From a virus (lineage: Duplodnaviria > Caudoviricetes), in IMG/VR virus record IMGVR_UViG_3300038300_000076, positions 1-62,238 of that record: a DNA stretch of 62,238 nucleotides; one strand, 5' to 3'. The notes beneath the pieces are model-generated. The model did no database searches and was not told the origin of the DNA. It worked only from the letters and a program-made list of their open reading frames with translations. Below are positions 28,869 through 38,290 of this stretch, piece after piece (position 1 is the stretch's first letter; every line of letters starts with the position of its first letter). The position numbers and the translations under genes were made by a program.

Positions 28869-29195
28869 TTATTTATCCTTTTTAATATACCAATCTCTAA
28901 TACTGGCTTTCATTATTTCTTTCTCACAATTATCACAAATGTAAGAATGGCCCTCAACGGCCATAGAAGCGCCTTTAATATCGATCCCTAACTCTTTAGC
29001 CCTTTCGATGGCTTGAAACTCTGCATGGCCTTTCTGGCCGCAAATAGAAGTACATAATTCATATCCTTCTCCAGACTTCATTCCTTTTCTAGGACACTCA
29101 GTAACTTCATCATTGGAAATATCATTCTTCCCAACAACTAAAACCTTACCACGTCTTGATATTGTAGCAGTTACGACTTGCTTTAAGCATTCCAT
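28869..29195 (-). CDS. dCMP/cytidine deaminase-like protein
   Basis: G.N, CPR...YELC, HAE, CxxC. Confidence 0.75.
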   Translation of the reverse strand: MECLKQVVTATISRRGKVLVVGKNDISNDEVTECPRKGMKSGEGYELCTSICGQKGHAEFQAIERAKELGIDIKGASMAVEGHSYICDNCEKEIMKASIRDWYIKKDK

Positions 29196-29446
29196 TAAAT
29201 CTTAATAAATTGATATGATTTTCTAGTTAGAGTTTTAGCAGGAACTCTTCCTGTCATTGTTTTATAGTGGTGTCTCACTTTCTTCGTCACAGTAATTGTC
29301 TTAGCACCTATTTTTAATACAGATCCTTCAACGAGACCAGTTAAATCTCCATTAGAACCATTATCTAATTTAGTGATGAACACTACCGAGTCTCCAACTA
29401 CTATCTCAGTTCCTTTAAAATCTTTCATAAGGCAATCCTTTTTCAT
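29195..29446 (-). CDS. hypothetical protein
   Basis: ORF track. Confidence 0.65.
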   Translation of the reverse strand: MKKDCLMKDFKGTEIVVGDSVVFITKLDNGSNGDLTGLVEGSVLKIGAKTITVTKKVRHHYKTMTGRVPAKTLTRKSYQFIKI

Positions 29447-29712
29447 TAAAGTCTGATGTTCTTCTCTTTTGCGATCATCTTTAAAATGCTATCTAATTGC
29501 TCATCAGAAGCTTTATTCATTATAGCTATCCTGTAACACTCCAAGAAAGCATCACTTGACTGAACAACGATGTTTGAGTTATAACGTGCTACCACTTTTG
29601 CTCTCGCATCTCCCGTTGATTCCCAACCATCACCATTATCCTGTTGATATGCCACAGCTTCTTCAAGCTCTTTAAGAGCACTCATAAAGTCTAAAGTTTT
29701 ATTTTCTTCCAT
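29446..29712 (-). CDS. hypothetical protein
   Basis: ORF track 29446-29811; probable start MEENK. Confidence 0.6.
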   Translation of the reverse strand: MEENKTLDFMSALKELEEAVAYQQDNGDGWESTGDARAKVVARYNSNIVVQSSDAFLECYRIAIMNKASDEQLDSILKMIAKEKNIRL

Positions 29713-29713
29713 T

Positions 29714-30064
29714 TTAATCTTCCTCATCCTCATTCTCTTTTCTTGTTTCTGACATATTCTTAAGATCACTCTTGATTGAATCCCAATCGTCCTCATCATA
29801 AGCATCAACAAGTTGATCTAGTAATGAACCATAGCCTTTCCAATAACCCTCAGCCTCTCTAAGATCAGTCTCTAGTTGCTTAATCTTTTCTTCTACAGCT
29901 ACAACTTCATTTTGAGCTAATATACATATCTTTCTGTCTTTGTCAAGTATATCTTGCATCTTAGTATAATTTGATCCTGCCATACACACCTGATTACGAA
30001 GATGTTTAATTTCATTATAGTTTATAATGATTTTTCTTATTTCTTCCGTCATGACAACTTCCAA
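29714..30064 (-). CDS. coiled-coil hypothetical protein
   Basis: ORF track. Confidence 0.65.
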   Translation of the reverse strand: MEVVMTEEIRKIIINYNEIKHLRNQVCMAGSNYTKMQDILDKDRKICILAQNEVVAVEEKIKQLETDLREAEGYWKGYGSLLDQLVDAYDEDDWDSIKSDLKNMSETRKENEDEED

Positions 30065-30546
30065 GGATTTTTTAAGATATTAATGCAGTCATTTGCCAAT
30101 TCATCAGTAAGGCCATCCCCAATGGGCTGAACATGAATATGGAATAACTCCTCTACATTCATAGGAATATCGTCTAGGATAACTGCGTGAGTGTAATCAG
30201 GATGATCATTAAGCCAAGCCAAACATCCAAAATATCTGCCAAATCCAGTAGTATTATAACCTACTTCCATAACATTTATTCCAAACAGCTCAGAAACTTC
30301 TATGTGATCTTTTTTGAGAGTAAACCAAGATGATATACCAACTATATCACAATTGGATTCTTTGACGACTGACTTTAATCTGTTTATCTTTTCTACTGAA
30401 ACTGGTGTGTTTCCAAACCTCTTTCCAATAATAAATTTACCAGAACATTCGCCACTACCACCTTTTTTCATTTCTCCATAAGCAGAATCAAAATCAGATC
30501 CATCATTTAAAACATCATCTATATCTAAAAACAAAACTTTTTTCAT
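30049..30546 (-). CDS. HAD-domain protein (RNA-repair Swiss-Army-knife type)
   Basis: KVLFLDIDDVLN, IV.ISSW, WL..HP, VILDD, GLT; start reset to MKKVLF after an AAGGAG SD. Confidence 0.8.
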   Translation of the reverse strand: MKKVLFLDIDDVLNDGSDFDSAYGEMKKGGSGECSGKFIIGKRFGNTPVSVEKINRLKSVVKESNCDIVGISSWFTLKKDHIEVSELFGINVMEVGYNTTGFGRYFGCLAWLNDHPDYTHAVILDDIPMNVEELFHIHVQPIGDGLTDELANDCINILKNPWKLS

Positions 30547-30577
30547 ATTGTCATACTCCTTTGAGTATAGGTAAAAA

Positions 30578-30788
30578 TTGTTCTTCCAATGGGCGTTACA
30601 GTCTTTCTCTTTCAAGTTAAGTTTGCGTCCTGCAGTTTTTAACAAAAACCAGTAATCAAACAACAGCCAACTCCAACTACAGAGTATCCCACCACTGGGG
30701 TTTCACTTGGGCTGGCGAGTATGAATCGAACCTTTCCAGCTTGCATTAGTCACTTGTGCCTCACGATTCATCTGAGGTGGAAGAACAA
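30578..30788 (-). ncRNA. unidentified structured RNA, about 211 nt, downstream of tRNA-Met
   Basis: 11-bp perfect terminal stem; hairpins CCUCA/UGAGG and GCUGG/CCAGC whose loops are complementary over 8 nt; GC-richer than flanks. Confidence 0.7.
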
Positions 30789-30813
30789 AATGTTTATATT
30801 TCTTTAAAACTTA

Positions 30814-30888
30814 TGGCGGAGGAAGGATTCGAACCTACGACCTTCAGGATATGAACCTGACGAGCTGACCGGACTGCTCTACTCCGCT
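30814..30888 (-). tRNA. tRNA-Met(CAU), initiator-like; CCA not encoded
   Basis: Cloverleaf: A1:C72 mismatch, GAGC/GCUC D-stem, UCAGG-UU CAU AU-CCUGA, GGUUCGAAUCC. Confidence 0.93.
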
Positions 30889-30958
30889 ACACTAAAACTA
30901 ACTTCTTCACTATAAACCACTGTAATGTATATTTCAAATGTATTTTGGCATATATTAA

Positions 30959-30993
30959 TAAAAAAGCCCCACTATTTACAATGAGGCCTTTTT
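30959..30993 (-). terminator. intrinsic terminator
   Basis: Imperfect GC stem with flanking A/T runs. Confidence 0.5.
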
Positions 30994-30994
30994 A

Positions 30995-31456
30995 TTATGC
31001 ATATGTTAGCTTTAAAACTCCAACAATTTCATCCATTGATTCGAACACCGGAATATCATTCCTCTTACATACGATATCAACATTTCCCTTTTTCCAATAG
31101 CCCTTTGGACAACACACAAGAACTTTTCCACTCCCTGCGTTTAACCCAAGCTCCAACAATGAAATAGGCGCTTGGCTCTCCTTTGAGAAATACAAAACAA
31201 TTGTATCACATACATCAAGTGAATCCAACTCCCAATTAACCTGCTTACTAAACTCTTCATTTTCAATTTCTTGTTTCCATGAAGAATCCCAATCAGGCCT
31301 TCTTGGATTTAAATAAGTTATATTTAAATCTTTTGTCTTTTTAAACATCTGTTGTTGCCAATCAACAGCTTTTCCCATGTCAATCGAACCAGCCATAAAT
31401 ACCGTTGCCGTTTTAGCTTGGCTAATATCATCTGGGGCATAAATCATTTCTGCCAT
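30995..31456 (-). CDS. nucleoside 2-deoxyribosyltransferase-like protein
   Basis: VFMAGSI...WQ, NPRR..WD, QV.WEL, PISLLELG, GNV; start reset to MAEMI. Confidence 0.85.
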   Translation of the reverse strand: MAEMIYAPDDISQAKTATVFMAGSIDMGKAVDWQQQMFKKTKDLNITYLNPRRPDWDSSWKQEIENEEFSKQVNWELDSLDVCDTIVLYFSKESQAPISLLELGLNAGSGKVLVCCPKGYWKKGNVDIVCKRNDIPVFESMDEIVGVLKLTYA

Positions 31457-31520
31457 AATAATAATTCCTTTAGTTTTAAAACTAACTATACAGTTATTCT
31501 TAAAGATATTTATAAAATAC

Positions 31521-31560
31521 AAAAAAAAATCCCTCTGCGTATCTCACACAGAGGGATTTT
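31521..31560 (-). terminator. intrinsic terminator
   Basis: AATCCCTCTG/CAGAGGGATT stem. Confidence 0.75.
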
Positions 31561-31701
31561 GAATTCTTATACTGAAATTATCACTAACATTTTTCCATCT
31601 TAGATAAATGCTTAATAAGGCAGCCCCATAGAAATTTATCTTTGGAAGAACTTAAATATACTACCGATTTCTCAAATTACAAGTTTTTATACTAATTTAA
31701 T

Positions 31702-33348
31702 TTAAGATTTTTTGTAAGCACATCCATGAGATCCTTCCACTTTAATTCCTAAATGCTTCTCAATCAAGGCCCTTCTCTGCTCTAATATTCTTTCAGAAGC
31801 TGGAAATCTTTCCCCTTCTCTGTGAATTGTTTTAGGCATTTCATCAAAGTCTTTCATTATTCTATTCTTAATAGTCATGAAGTCATCTTCTACTGGCTTT
31901 CCAAATGGCTCGTTTATATTAGAACCATCAAAAAATACCTTTAAAACATTTTCTTCATCAGGAAACTCATCCATCTTGACGATAGTTACTTTTTCCTGCA
32001 ACGCTCTTTCACTTCTTAAAAGTTTGAACGGGCCGGGTAAAGTTGCCTTTCCTTCTACTTCTGAAAGCTTAATAACTCCTTCATCATTTTCCTTGGCACA
32101 TAAGGCATACTTGGCAGAGAAGTTATCTCTTTTCAAAGAATTTCTCAATCCACCACCAACTCCAAATGGACACCAATCAAGAGGAGAGAATCCTTCTTCC
32201 TCAAGAGCATCATAGATTTTATCCATTAGATCAAAGGTCATTCCATCTCCTTCAATCAACTTTAAAGTTGTAGGATATTTAAAATCGCCAATTTGAACAT
32301 AAAGACCATTTTCAACAGCAAGATTTACAGTCCAAAGAACTTGATCAAGAGCATCTCCAGAATCTGGACGAGATACTACAATCTTATTCTCATTGTTATT
32401 AGAACTCTTCAAAGCTAACGGTAAAAGATAATCCTCTACTGCTCTTTTATAGTTATAACAATCTGCAACCATAGAAAGAATATCTCCTTCTTGGCCCTTT
32501 TCATAAAGATTTGTATAACAATCTTGCTCGTTATTCCAAGGCTGTACAATTCGGTGAGCTAAAGCAAATACAGAAGATGCGCCAGTTGGCTTCTTTCCAT
32601 TCAACACATAAGCTTGATAAGCTCCTGTAACAGTGTCTGTACCGCCAAACACATAAGACTGAGACAATCCCATACGCTGACTCTCTTCTTCACAAATACC
32701 AGCTCTATCACCGAAATCATGCAAAGATACGCTAACCAAGAAGTCAACTTCATCTTCTGACAAGTGTGGACTTACTCTCTGCACTCTTTCCTTCAATCTC
32801 TTAAACCAATGTCTTGCAACCGTTGTTCTTTCACTTGTAGCCCAGATCTGAAGTATCTTAGACTCAAAATAAGCAGCCAATTCACCAAATCCATCTTCCA
32901 TTGAAGTTATTTGAACAACTGGCTCATTTGGGTATGCAACACTTCCTTCTGGAAGGGCTTCAATCTTTATTGGAGGTCTTCCATTGAACTCATCTACGAC
33001 TCTTCTCCAGATATCTTCTGGGAAAGGGAATTTCTTTAAGCCAGTCAATGTTGCTTTGAAATTCGCAAGGAATCTCTTAGCTTCATCAATCTCTTCATGA
33101 GTTACAGGCTCATAGAACAATTCCTCAAGGATTCTTGAAAGCCCCATGACAATCATTCTATTGTCGCCTTTTTCAAAAACAGTTGGATTGATGGAATGAA
33201 GATCTTTTCTATATGTAATGTAATACGTTGATTTTTTCTTTGCAGACTTACATTGAAATTCCTCACTGCAAATCGTATATGCGTCCGCCATTAATATTCT
33301 TGGCGTCTTTTCAATATTTCTTTTTGGTAATTTAACATTCTTATTCAT
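31702..33348 (-). CDS. nadV: nicotinamide phosphoribosyltransferase (NAMPT)
   Basis: ADAY, PIKIEALPEG, LHDFGDR, GTDT, S.VADCY, RPDSGD, EGDG, FGVGGGL, RD. Confidence 0.88.
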   Translation of the reverse strand: MNKNVKLPKRNIEKTPRILMADAYTICSEEFQCKSAKKKSTYYITYRKDLHSINPTVFEKGDNRMIVMGLSRILEELFYEPVTHEEIDEAKRFLANFKATLTGLKKFPFPEDIWRRVVDEFNGRPPIKIEALPEGSVAYPNEPVVQITSMEDGFGELAAYFESKILQIWATSERTTVARHWFKRLKERVQRVSPHLSEDEVDFLVSVSLHDFGDRAGICEEESQRMGLSQSYVFGGTDTVTGAYQAYVLNGKKPTGASSVFALAHRIVQPWNNEQDCYTNLYEKGQEGDILSMVADCYNYKRAVEDYLLPLALKSSNNNENKIVVSRPDSGDALDQVLWTVNLAVENGLYVQIGDFKYPTTLKLIEGDGMTFDLMDKIYDALEEEGFSPLDWCPFGVGGGLRNSLKRDNFSAKYALCAKENDEGVIKLSEVEGKATLPGPFKLLRSERALQEKVTIVKMDEFPDEENVLKVFFDGSNINEPFGKPVEDDFMTIKNRIMKDFDEMPKTIHREGERFPASERILEQRRALIEKHLGIKVEGSHGCAYKKS

Positions 33349-33406
33349 TTTTCTATCCTTAGATTTATTTACGCTCTTTAAAGTCTTGATAACTTAATTC
33401 CATTTA

Positions 33407-34357
33407 CTACTTTGTCAATCCAGAATCATTGCTGAATCCAAGATTTTCTAATAATTTTTCTACTAACGGAATATGCCAAGGCATTACTAGGTCTACGAGA
33501 TCTTCAAGTTTTACCCATTTAAGTTCATAGATATCATCTGCTGGCTCAGGCCTTCCATATACATGTTTTGCCTTGAAAAACGTAGTAATAATGTTATCTT
33601 TTTCACTTCTATAACGCCAATCTTCAACGAAGAAACTTCCAACATACTCAGGAGTGCTAACTTCAATGCCAGTTTCTTCCATAACTTCTCTTCTGGCATT
33701 TTTCTCTAGAGCGTTTGAACCGCTTTTGCTTGGATCTACAAATCCACCAATGAAAACTAACTTGTCTTGATTTCTCTTTTTACCAAGCAAGACATTCTCT
33801 CCAGCTTCATCTAAGATCGCAACATCAACTGTTGGATATGCCGTTGGGTATTGATTCCCAGTTGCCCAAATTACTCCTTTTCTAAAGTCCTTGGAATCAC
33901 TAATATTTAACTTAGCTCTTCTTCTTACTTCAGTTCCAGATATAACCGAACGACTCAATAATTCTTTTGTATCATGCTTTCCATGATAATGTGACATAAA
34001 GCTGTCACGGCATCCATAAAGAATTACTTTCTCATCAAATGGGACGTGTTTGCTAAGGATACTATCAAGCGTGTTAGACCAATCTTGATCTGAGGGTTGA
34101 TCTTCAATATAATGACACTCAATTTCAGGATCGAAATCTTCAATCATTTTCTTACGTGCTTGAAAGTTTAACGGATTGTTCTTACTTGCTTTCAGTGGAG
34201 ATAATCCCAACAGAACAATTACTTTGTCATGTCTGGACTTCACTGTGTTTAGTAATTCTTTATGCCCATCATGTAACTCTGGGACTTGGAATCGCCCTAC
34301 TAAGGCTCCTATTCCACCAATTACTATCTCTTCTTCCTTTGTCTGTAGCATTCGCAT
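33407..34357 (-). CDS. nadM: bifunctional NMN adenylyltransferase / Nudix ADP-ribose pyrophosphatase
   Basis: GRFQV..LH.GH, NPL, SGT..R; TVDV, GGFVD...ARREVMEETG Nudix box. Confidence 0.9.
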   Translation of the reverse strand: MRMLQTKEEEIVIGGIGALVGRFQVPELHDGHKELLNTVKSRHDKVIVLLGLSPLKASKNNPLNFQARKKMIEDFDPEIECHYIEDQPSDQDWSNTLDSILSKHVPFDEKVILYGCRDSFMSHYHGKHDTKELLSRSVISGTEVRRRAKLNISDSKDFRKGVIWATGNQYPTAYPTVDVAILDEAGENVLLGKKRNQDKLVFIGGFVDPSKSGSNALEKNARREVMEETGIEVSTPEYVGSFFVEDWRYRSEKDNIITTFFKAKHVYGRPEPADDIYELKWVKLEDLVDLVMPWHIPLVEKLLENLGFSNDSGLTK

Positions 34358-34469
34358 CTCCTTGCATCTTAGCTAATTTAGACTATGTATTTAACATTAA
34401 GACCGCATCATTGCAAATCTTCTTATGTTGCTCTTACTATATCACTGCTTTTAATGCTTTACAAGCTCA

Positions 34470-35489
34470 TTACTTGTTTTTAATTTTATTGGGAACTACT
34501 TCTTGCATCTTCCAGTTATGTACACTGTCAGCAACATGATTTTCTCTTACATACTTTGCAATACTTTTTCTGAATGCTCCATATGAGAATCCATCCGTCA
34601 CTCTTACAACAAATCCTTCTTCCTTGTCGGTATTCAGATTCTCAGCAATTGAGACTATCTTTTCTTCATCCCATATTCCACGATAAAGCTCTGGAACTGT
34701 AGATAATCCCAACATTTCAGCATACTCTTTGGTTTCATCCCATGATAAACAATAGTTCTTTTCATTCCATATTGAAAACAAATAAAAGAAACTTTCTAAA
34801 TCATCATATGCAATTGCATGCTTGGCATAAACATTTTCACCACAAAGTCTCCAATTGTCAGGAATCTCCCAACCAATTCTAGAAGCAAAGTTTTTAACCC
34901 AAGCCCTTGATGGATGAGAATCATTCTCTAATGATCTTGCATGAGTGTATTCTTGATAAATAGAAGTATTCTCCCCATCCATTTTTGATGTGACAACAAC
35001 TTCCAATCCTTCAAACTGAGAACAATCTTTTAAAGTACGATCATCGTTTGTCTTACTTGCTGAAAATGGAAGATGATATGTCCTTGGATATTTCACATAG
35101 TCTGTAAAAAGATGAAGGAATGGCTTCATTATCTTTTGAACACTCTCATCATGAAACAATTCACCTTTGACTCTTTGTTTGTTAGGCAATATGATATTAC
35201 CCCACTTGTCATAAGTGTTATCTCTGTATAAATGCTCAGGAAGAATAACCTTCTCAATACCACATGCTTCACGCAATTCATCACAGCCTATTTCAGTGCT
35301 CTCAGATGCAAGATGGCAAGGGCCGCAAACAGATGCGCCATTATCTAAGTAATAGCCGCAGCTTACGCCCCACAGTCTTCTCTCTAGAATATGATGAGCA
35401 TCTTGAGCATCTTCACCACAGACAACACATTTATGCTTGTCTCTTGCAAAAACTCCCTCTCTAAACTCATCTCTTGTTAATAATTTCAT
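34470..35489 (-). CDS. HNH nuclease - RNA ligase fusion
   Basis: CVVCG...DAHH...NG..VC..CH; KYPRTYHLP.S, KMDGEN, GEN, EGFVVR, AKYVR. Confidence 0.85.
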   Translation of the reverse strand: MKLLTRDEFREGVFARDKHKCVVCGEDAQDAHHILERRLWGVSCGYYLDNGASVCGPCHLASESTEIGCDELREACGIEKVILPEHLYRDNTYDKWGNIILPNKQRVKGELFHDESVQKIMKPFLHLFTDYVKYPRTYHLPFSASKTNDDRTLKDCSQFEGLEVVVTSKMDGENTSIYQEYTHARSLENDSHPSRAWVKNFASRIGWEIPDNWRLCGENVYAKHAIAYDDLESFFYLFSIWNEKNYCLSWDETKEYAEMLGLSTVPELYRGIWDEEKIVSIAENLNTDKEEGFVVRVTDGFSYGAFRKSIAKYVRENHVADSVHNWKMQEVVPNKIKNK

Positions 35490-35506
35490 TTTAATATTTT
35501 CCCAAA

Positions 35507-35794
35507 TTAAAACTTATCTAAGTCTTTACTTTCTTTTTTTAATCCCCTTACGTGCTTGAGTGCAATCTTAGCTTCTGGATGTTGCTTTAACGCCAAGTCA
35601 GCCAAATCTCTCAGCTCTTCTTTTGTTATGTATCCGTCAGCCCTCATCATCCCATAAGTCCTAGACAACGTGCAGTCGTCATGGTCGTGATAATTGCTAT
35701 ATATATGGTAAGCTTCTGCGTTATAGTACTCGCTGTCTTGTGGATTACATCCAGCGAGTATAATTATAACTATTATTAAGTATCCTATCTTCAT
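35507..35794 (-). CDS. putative lipoprotein
   Basis: Signal peptide with LAGC lipobox. Confidence 0.7.
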   Translation of the reverse strand: MKIGYLIIVIIILAGCNPQDSEYYNAEAYHIYSNYHDHDDCTLSRTYGMMRADGYITKEELRDLADLALKQHPEAKIALKHVRGLKKESKDLDKF

Positions 35795-35797
35795 TGT

Positions 35798-36256
35798 TTA
35801 TCCAAGTTTTGATTTTACAATTTCAGACAACAATTTTCCATCTACATCCAGATCAAGAGAAGAAATGATATTCCTTGCTTCCTTCATTACCATTCCCATC
35901 TCTTTCATAGTTGTGGCCGATACTGCTGAGATTGCTCTGTCAACTGCATCCTTAGTTTGTTCTTCACTTGCAGAATTAGGAAGGTAAGATTCAAAAACTT
36001 TCAATTTGGCACTATATGAATTTACTTGCTCTTCATATCCTTCTGCCTTTCCAAATGCATCTATTGATTCTTTGCATTCTTTTACACACTTCTTGATAAT
36101 ATTAATTATCTCAGCATCATCAATATCCTTCTTTCTTCCCTTCTTCGTTTCTGCATATTGAATTGCACCACGTACATCAGAAATAGCTTCCTTCGCATTG
36201 GCATTCTTCTCTTTCATTGCAGTCATATATTCTTTCTTAAGTCTTTCTACCAACAT
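35798..36256 (-). CDS. yqeY: GatB/YqeY domain protein
   Basis: AMKEK, SYLP, KEMG.VM, DGK.LS.IVK.KL. Confidence 0.9.
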   Translation of the reverse strand: MLVERLKKEYMTAMKEKNANAKEAISDVRGAIQYAETKKGRKKDIDDAEIINIIKKCVKECKESIDAFGKAEGYEEQVNSYSAKLKVFESYLPNSASEEQTKDAVDRAISAVSATTMKEMGMVMKEARNIISSLDLDVDGKLLSEIVKSKLG

Positions 36257-36268
36257 AAAACTTTCCTT

Positions 36269-36661
36269 TTATTTATTCCCATTTAATCTCTTGTTAGCCT
36301 GTCTTTGCAAGGTTTCATCTGTGCTTATAAAAATAGATTGTAAAATTTCATCCCAGTGAAGTTCTTTATCACTCTTAACACACGAATAAGACTCCAATCC
36401 ATCATAATCGTCAATGGAAAAAGATGGAGAGTAGTGTTCTTCATCAACGAAGAAAAAGGCATCGATTAAAACCCTTGTAATAAATATCACTTCGCCTTCC
36501 TGCATCCCTCTCCATCTCCCCCAGTCATCACTATAGTTAATGCCAACCTTAAGACGAAACATCCTCCACTCCAAATCTCTATCATTCAATAGATATGGAA
36601 ATTCTTTATCCAAAACTCCATCTAGGAATCTTCTGTTATAAAGTTTACGATTTAAGTTCAT
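36269..36661 (-). CDS. hypothetical protein
   Basis: ORF track. Confidence 0.65.
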   Translation of the reverse strand: MNLNRKLYNRRFLDGVLDKEFPYLLNDRDLEWRMFRLKVGINYSDDWGRWRGMQEGEVIFITRVLIDAFFFVDEEHYSPSFSIDDYDGLESYSCVKSDKELHWDEILQSIFISTDETLQRQANKRLNGNK

Positions 36662-37407
36662 GTGAAATATAAATGCTGAATTCTATCTACAAGATGTAGA
36701 ATTGTAAAATCACATATTTCCTTTACCACTTCTATACTTTCTTGAATCCCTTCTTCATTCTGCCCTTTAAGAATTTTATTTGCTAATTCCAACAGAGCTT
36801 CATTACTTAAATCAGAATTCAATCTTAAATATTCTCTCTCAGCAGAATCAATTGGATCTTCATTACTTGAAACCAACTCTTCTTCAATTACTTCCGGCTC
36901 TTCCTTGAGAAGATCTTCCATTCCTTTAAATACAGGCTGAAATAGCATTCCTTTTGCATTTGAGGATTGATTGACTTCTGAAAGCTCCTCAATTATCTCC
37001 TTTTCTACTTCTGGAGAAATTTCTGCTTCTGGAAAAAGTTCATCATGCAATCTCTCAAGCTCATCAAGTTCTAATAAAACATCCTCTTCTTTCGAAGAAT
37101 CTTCCTTTACAACAACTTTGGTAGTTTCTCTTATTCTAACGTAACTCTTAATATGCTCCATTGGATGCGTTTCAGTCATCTCAATCCAAAAGTCATAGAA
37201 CTTATTTCCCCCTGCGCCTTCTCCGCGTTTTCTTGATTTTCTGGCCGTAGCAAGGAAATGTCCCAAAGATTTCTCTTTTGCATCTTTAGAGCTTACTCTT
37301 GGCCTCCTTCCGTTCACTTCCCCCCAAGAAATTGTCTCCGTCATTCTCCTTTCAGCTTTTTTCCTATTCTTAGCTGCTAACTTTGCTTCTTTGCTTTTTT
37401 CTTGCAT
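36658..37407 (-). CDS. hypothetical protein, basic N-terminus (helicase-associated-domain-like) and acidic C-terminus
   Basis: GRRP...S.D..EK.LG.FL...RK. Confidence 0.6.
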   Translation of the reverse strand: MQEKSKEAKLAAKNRKKAERRMTETISWGEVNGRRPRVSSKDAKEKSLGHFLATARKSRKRGEGAGGNKFYDFWIEMTETHPMEHIKSYVRIRETTKVVVKEDSSKEEDVLLELDELERLHDELFPEAEISPEVEKEIIEELSEVNQSSNAKGMLFQPVFKGMEDLLKEEPEVIEEELVSSNEDPIDSAEREYLRLNSDLSNEALLELANKILKGQNEEGIQESIEVVKEICDFTILHLVDRIQHLYFT

Positions 37408-37477
37408 ATCATTAGTCCTGTTTTATTTTTAAAATAACATTCCTAATTGAAAATGCAAACACATTGATTAAAATAAA

Positions 37478-37816
37478 TTAGTCTTTTCTGAAAACTCCCA
37501 ATAACTGATCACTAGAATCTCTTGATTTCATTACAGAATAAGCCCTTTCAGCAAAATCATTTCTAATCCAACGAGTATTTGTCTTCTTATTTACACTGCA
37601 TAAGATTCCAATTTCCATCTCAGAAGTGTTCCAATTTAGAGCCATCATCATGCCAACTAAGAAGTCAGTAGATACTTCCTTTAAATCAATATCAAGAAGG
37701 CAGTTATGCAACTCCTCCAATCGCTCTTCCTTGGCTATCTCAAAACTCCATATTATCATTGTATCTGATGGATTTTCCATAGTGGAGAATTCTTTTAAAT
37801 CTTCTTTCATACTCAT
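37478..37816 (-). CDS. hypothetical protein
   Basis: ORF track. Confidence 0.65.
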   Translation of the reverse strand: MSMKEDLKEFSTMENPSDTMIIWSFEIAKEERLEELHNCLLDIDLKEVSTDFLVGMMMALNWNTSEMEIGILCSVNKKTNTRWIRNDFAERAYSVMKSRDSSDQLLGVFRKD

Positions 37817-37838
37817 TGAATTTTTCCCATGTTATCAT

Positions 37839-37870
37839 AAAAAAACCGCTAGGAAATTAATCCCAGCGGC
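37839..37870 (-). terminator. intrinsic terminator after tmRNA
   Basis: CCGCT/AGCGG stem plus T-run on the minus strand. Confidence 0.7.
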
Positions 37871-37875
37871 ACAAG

Positions 37876-38233
37876 TGGAGGCGGAGGGAGTTGAACCCTC
37901 GTCCTAAACAATCTTACAATCAAAACTTCTACATGTTTAGTTTTTATTTTGCAGCTCTTAGAGCAAACTCTTAGGATTTAACTGTCTAATAAAAACAAAC
38001 CTTGCTAAATCTTGCCAGTTCTTAGTTTCAGTCAGCTGATTGAACAACATCAACCTCCTATTCGATAAAATGATGCCCTTGCCTGATTATCGAAGTCTTC
38101 AGGTAGGACAGCAGCCCTTAGGCTGCGATAGCTAGTGTTTCGCCAGTTATCAGTTTGATCCATTTTAAAGTATTTAGACCAATTACTACATGCAATCTTG
38201 TGCTCAATTTCTAGTCGAATCCATTTCGCCCCC
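37876..38233 (-). ncRNA. ssrA: tmRNA, tag (A)GETLAIAA
   Basis: 5' GGGGGCGAAAUGGAUUCGAC; 3' GAGGGUUCAACUCCCUC CGCCUCC A with G3.U70; AUAACU-GGC resume context; tag ORF at 38118-38144 with stop-codon hairpin GCAGCC/GGCUGC. Confidence 0.95.
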
Positions 38234-38290
38234 AGTAAATTAATACAACTCACTATAATTCACTATATTCTAAAATTCCAATAAAATTAG

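Noticed and set aside
30547-30663. N-terminal extension of the HAD gene in the ORF track
   Set aside because: It runs into the structured RNA; a good SD and the DxD motif place the start at 30546.
38050-38253. 67-aa minus-strand ORF
   Set aside because: It overlaps the tmRNA 5' half; the RNA explains the sequence.
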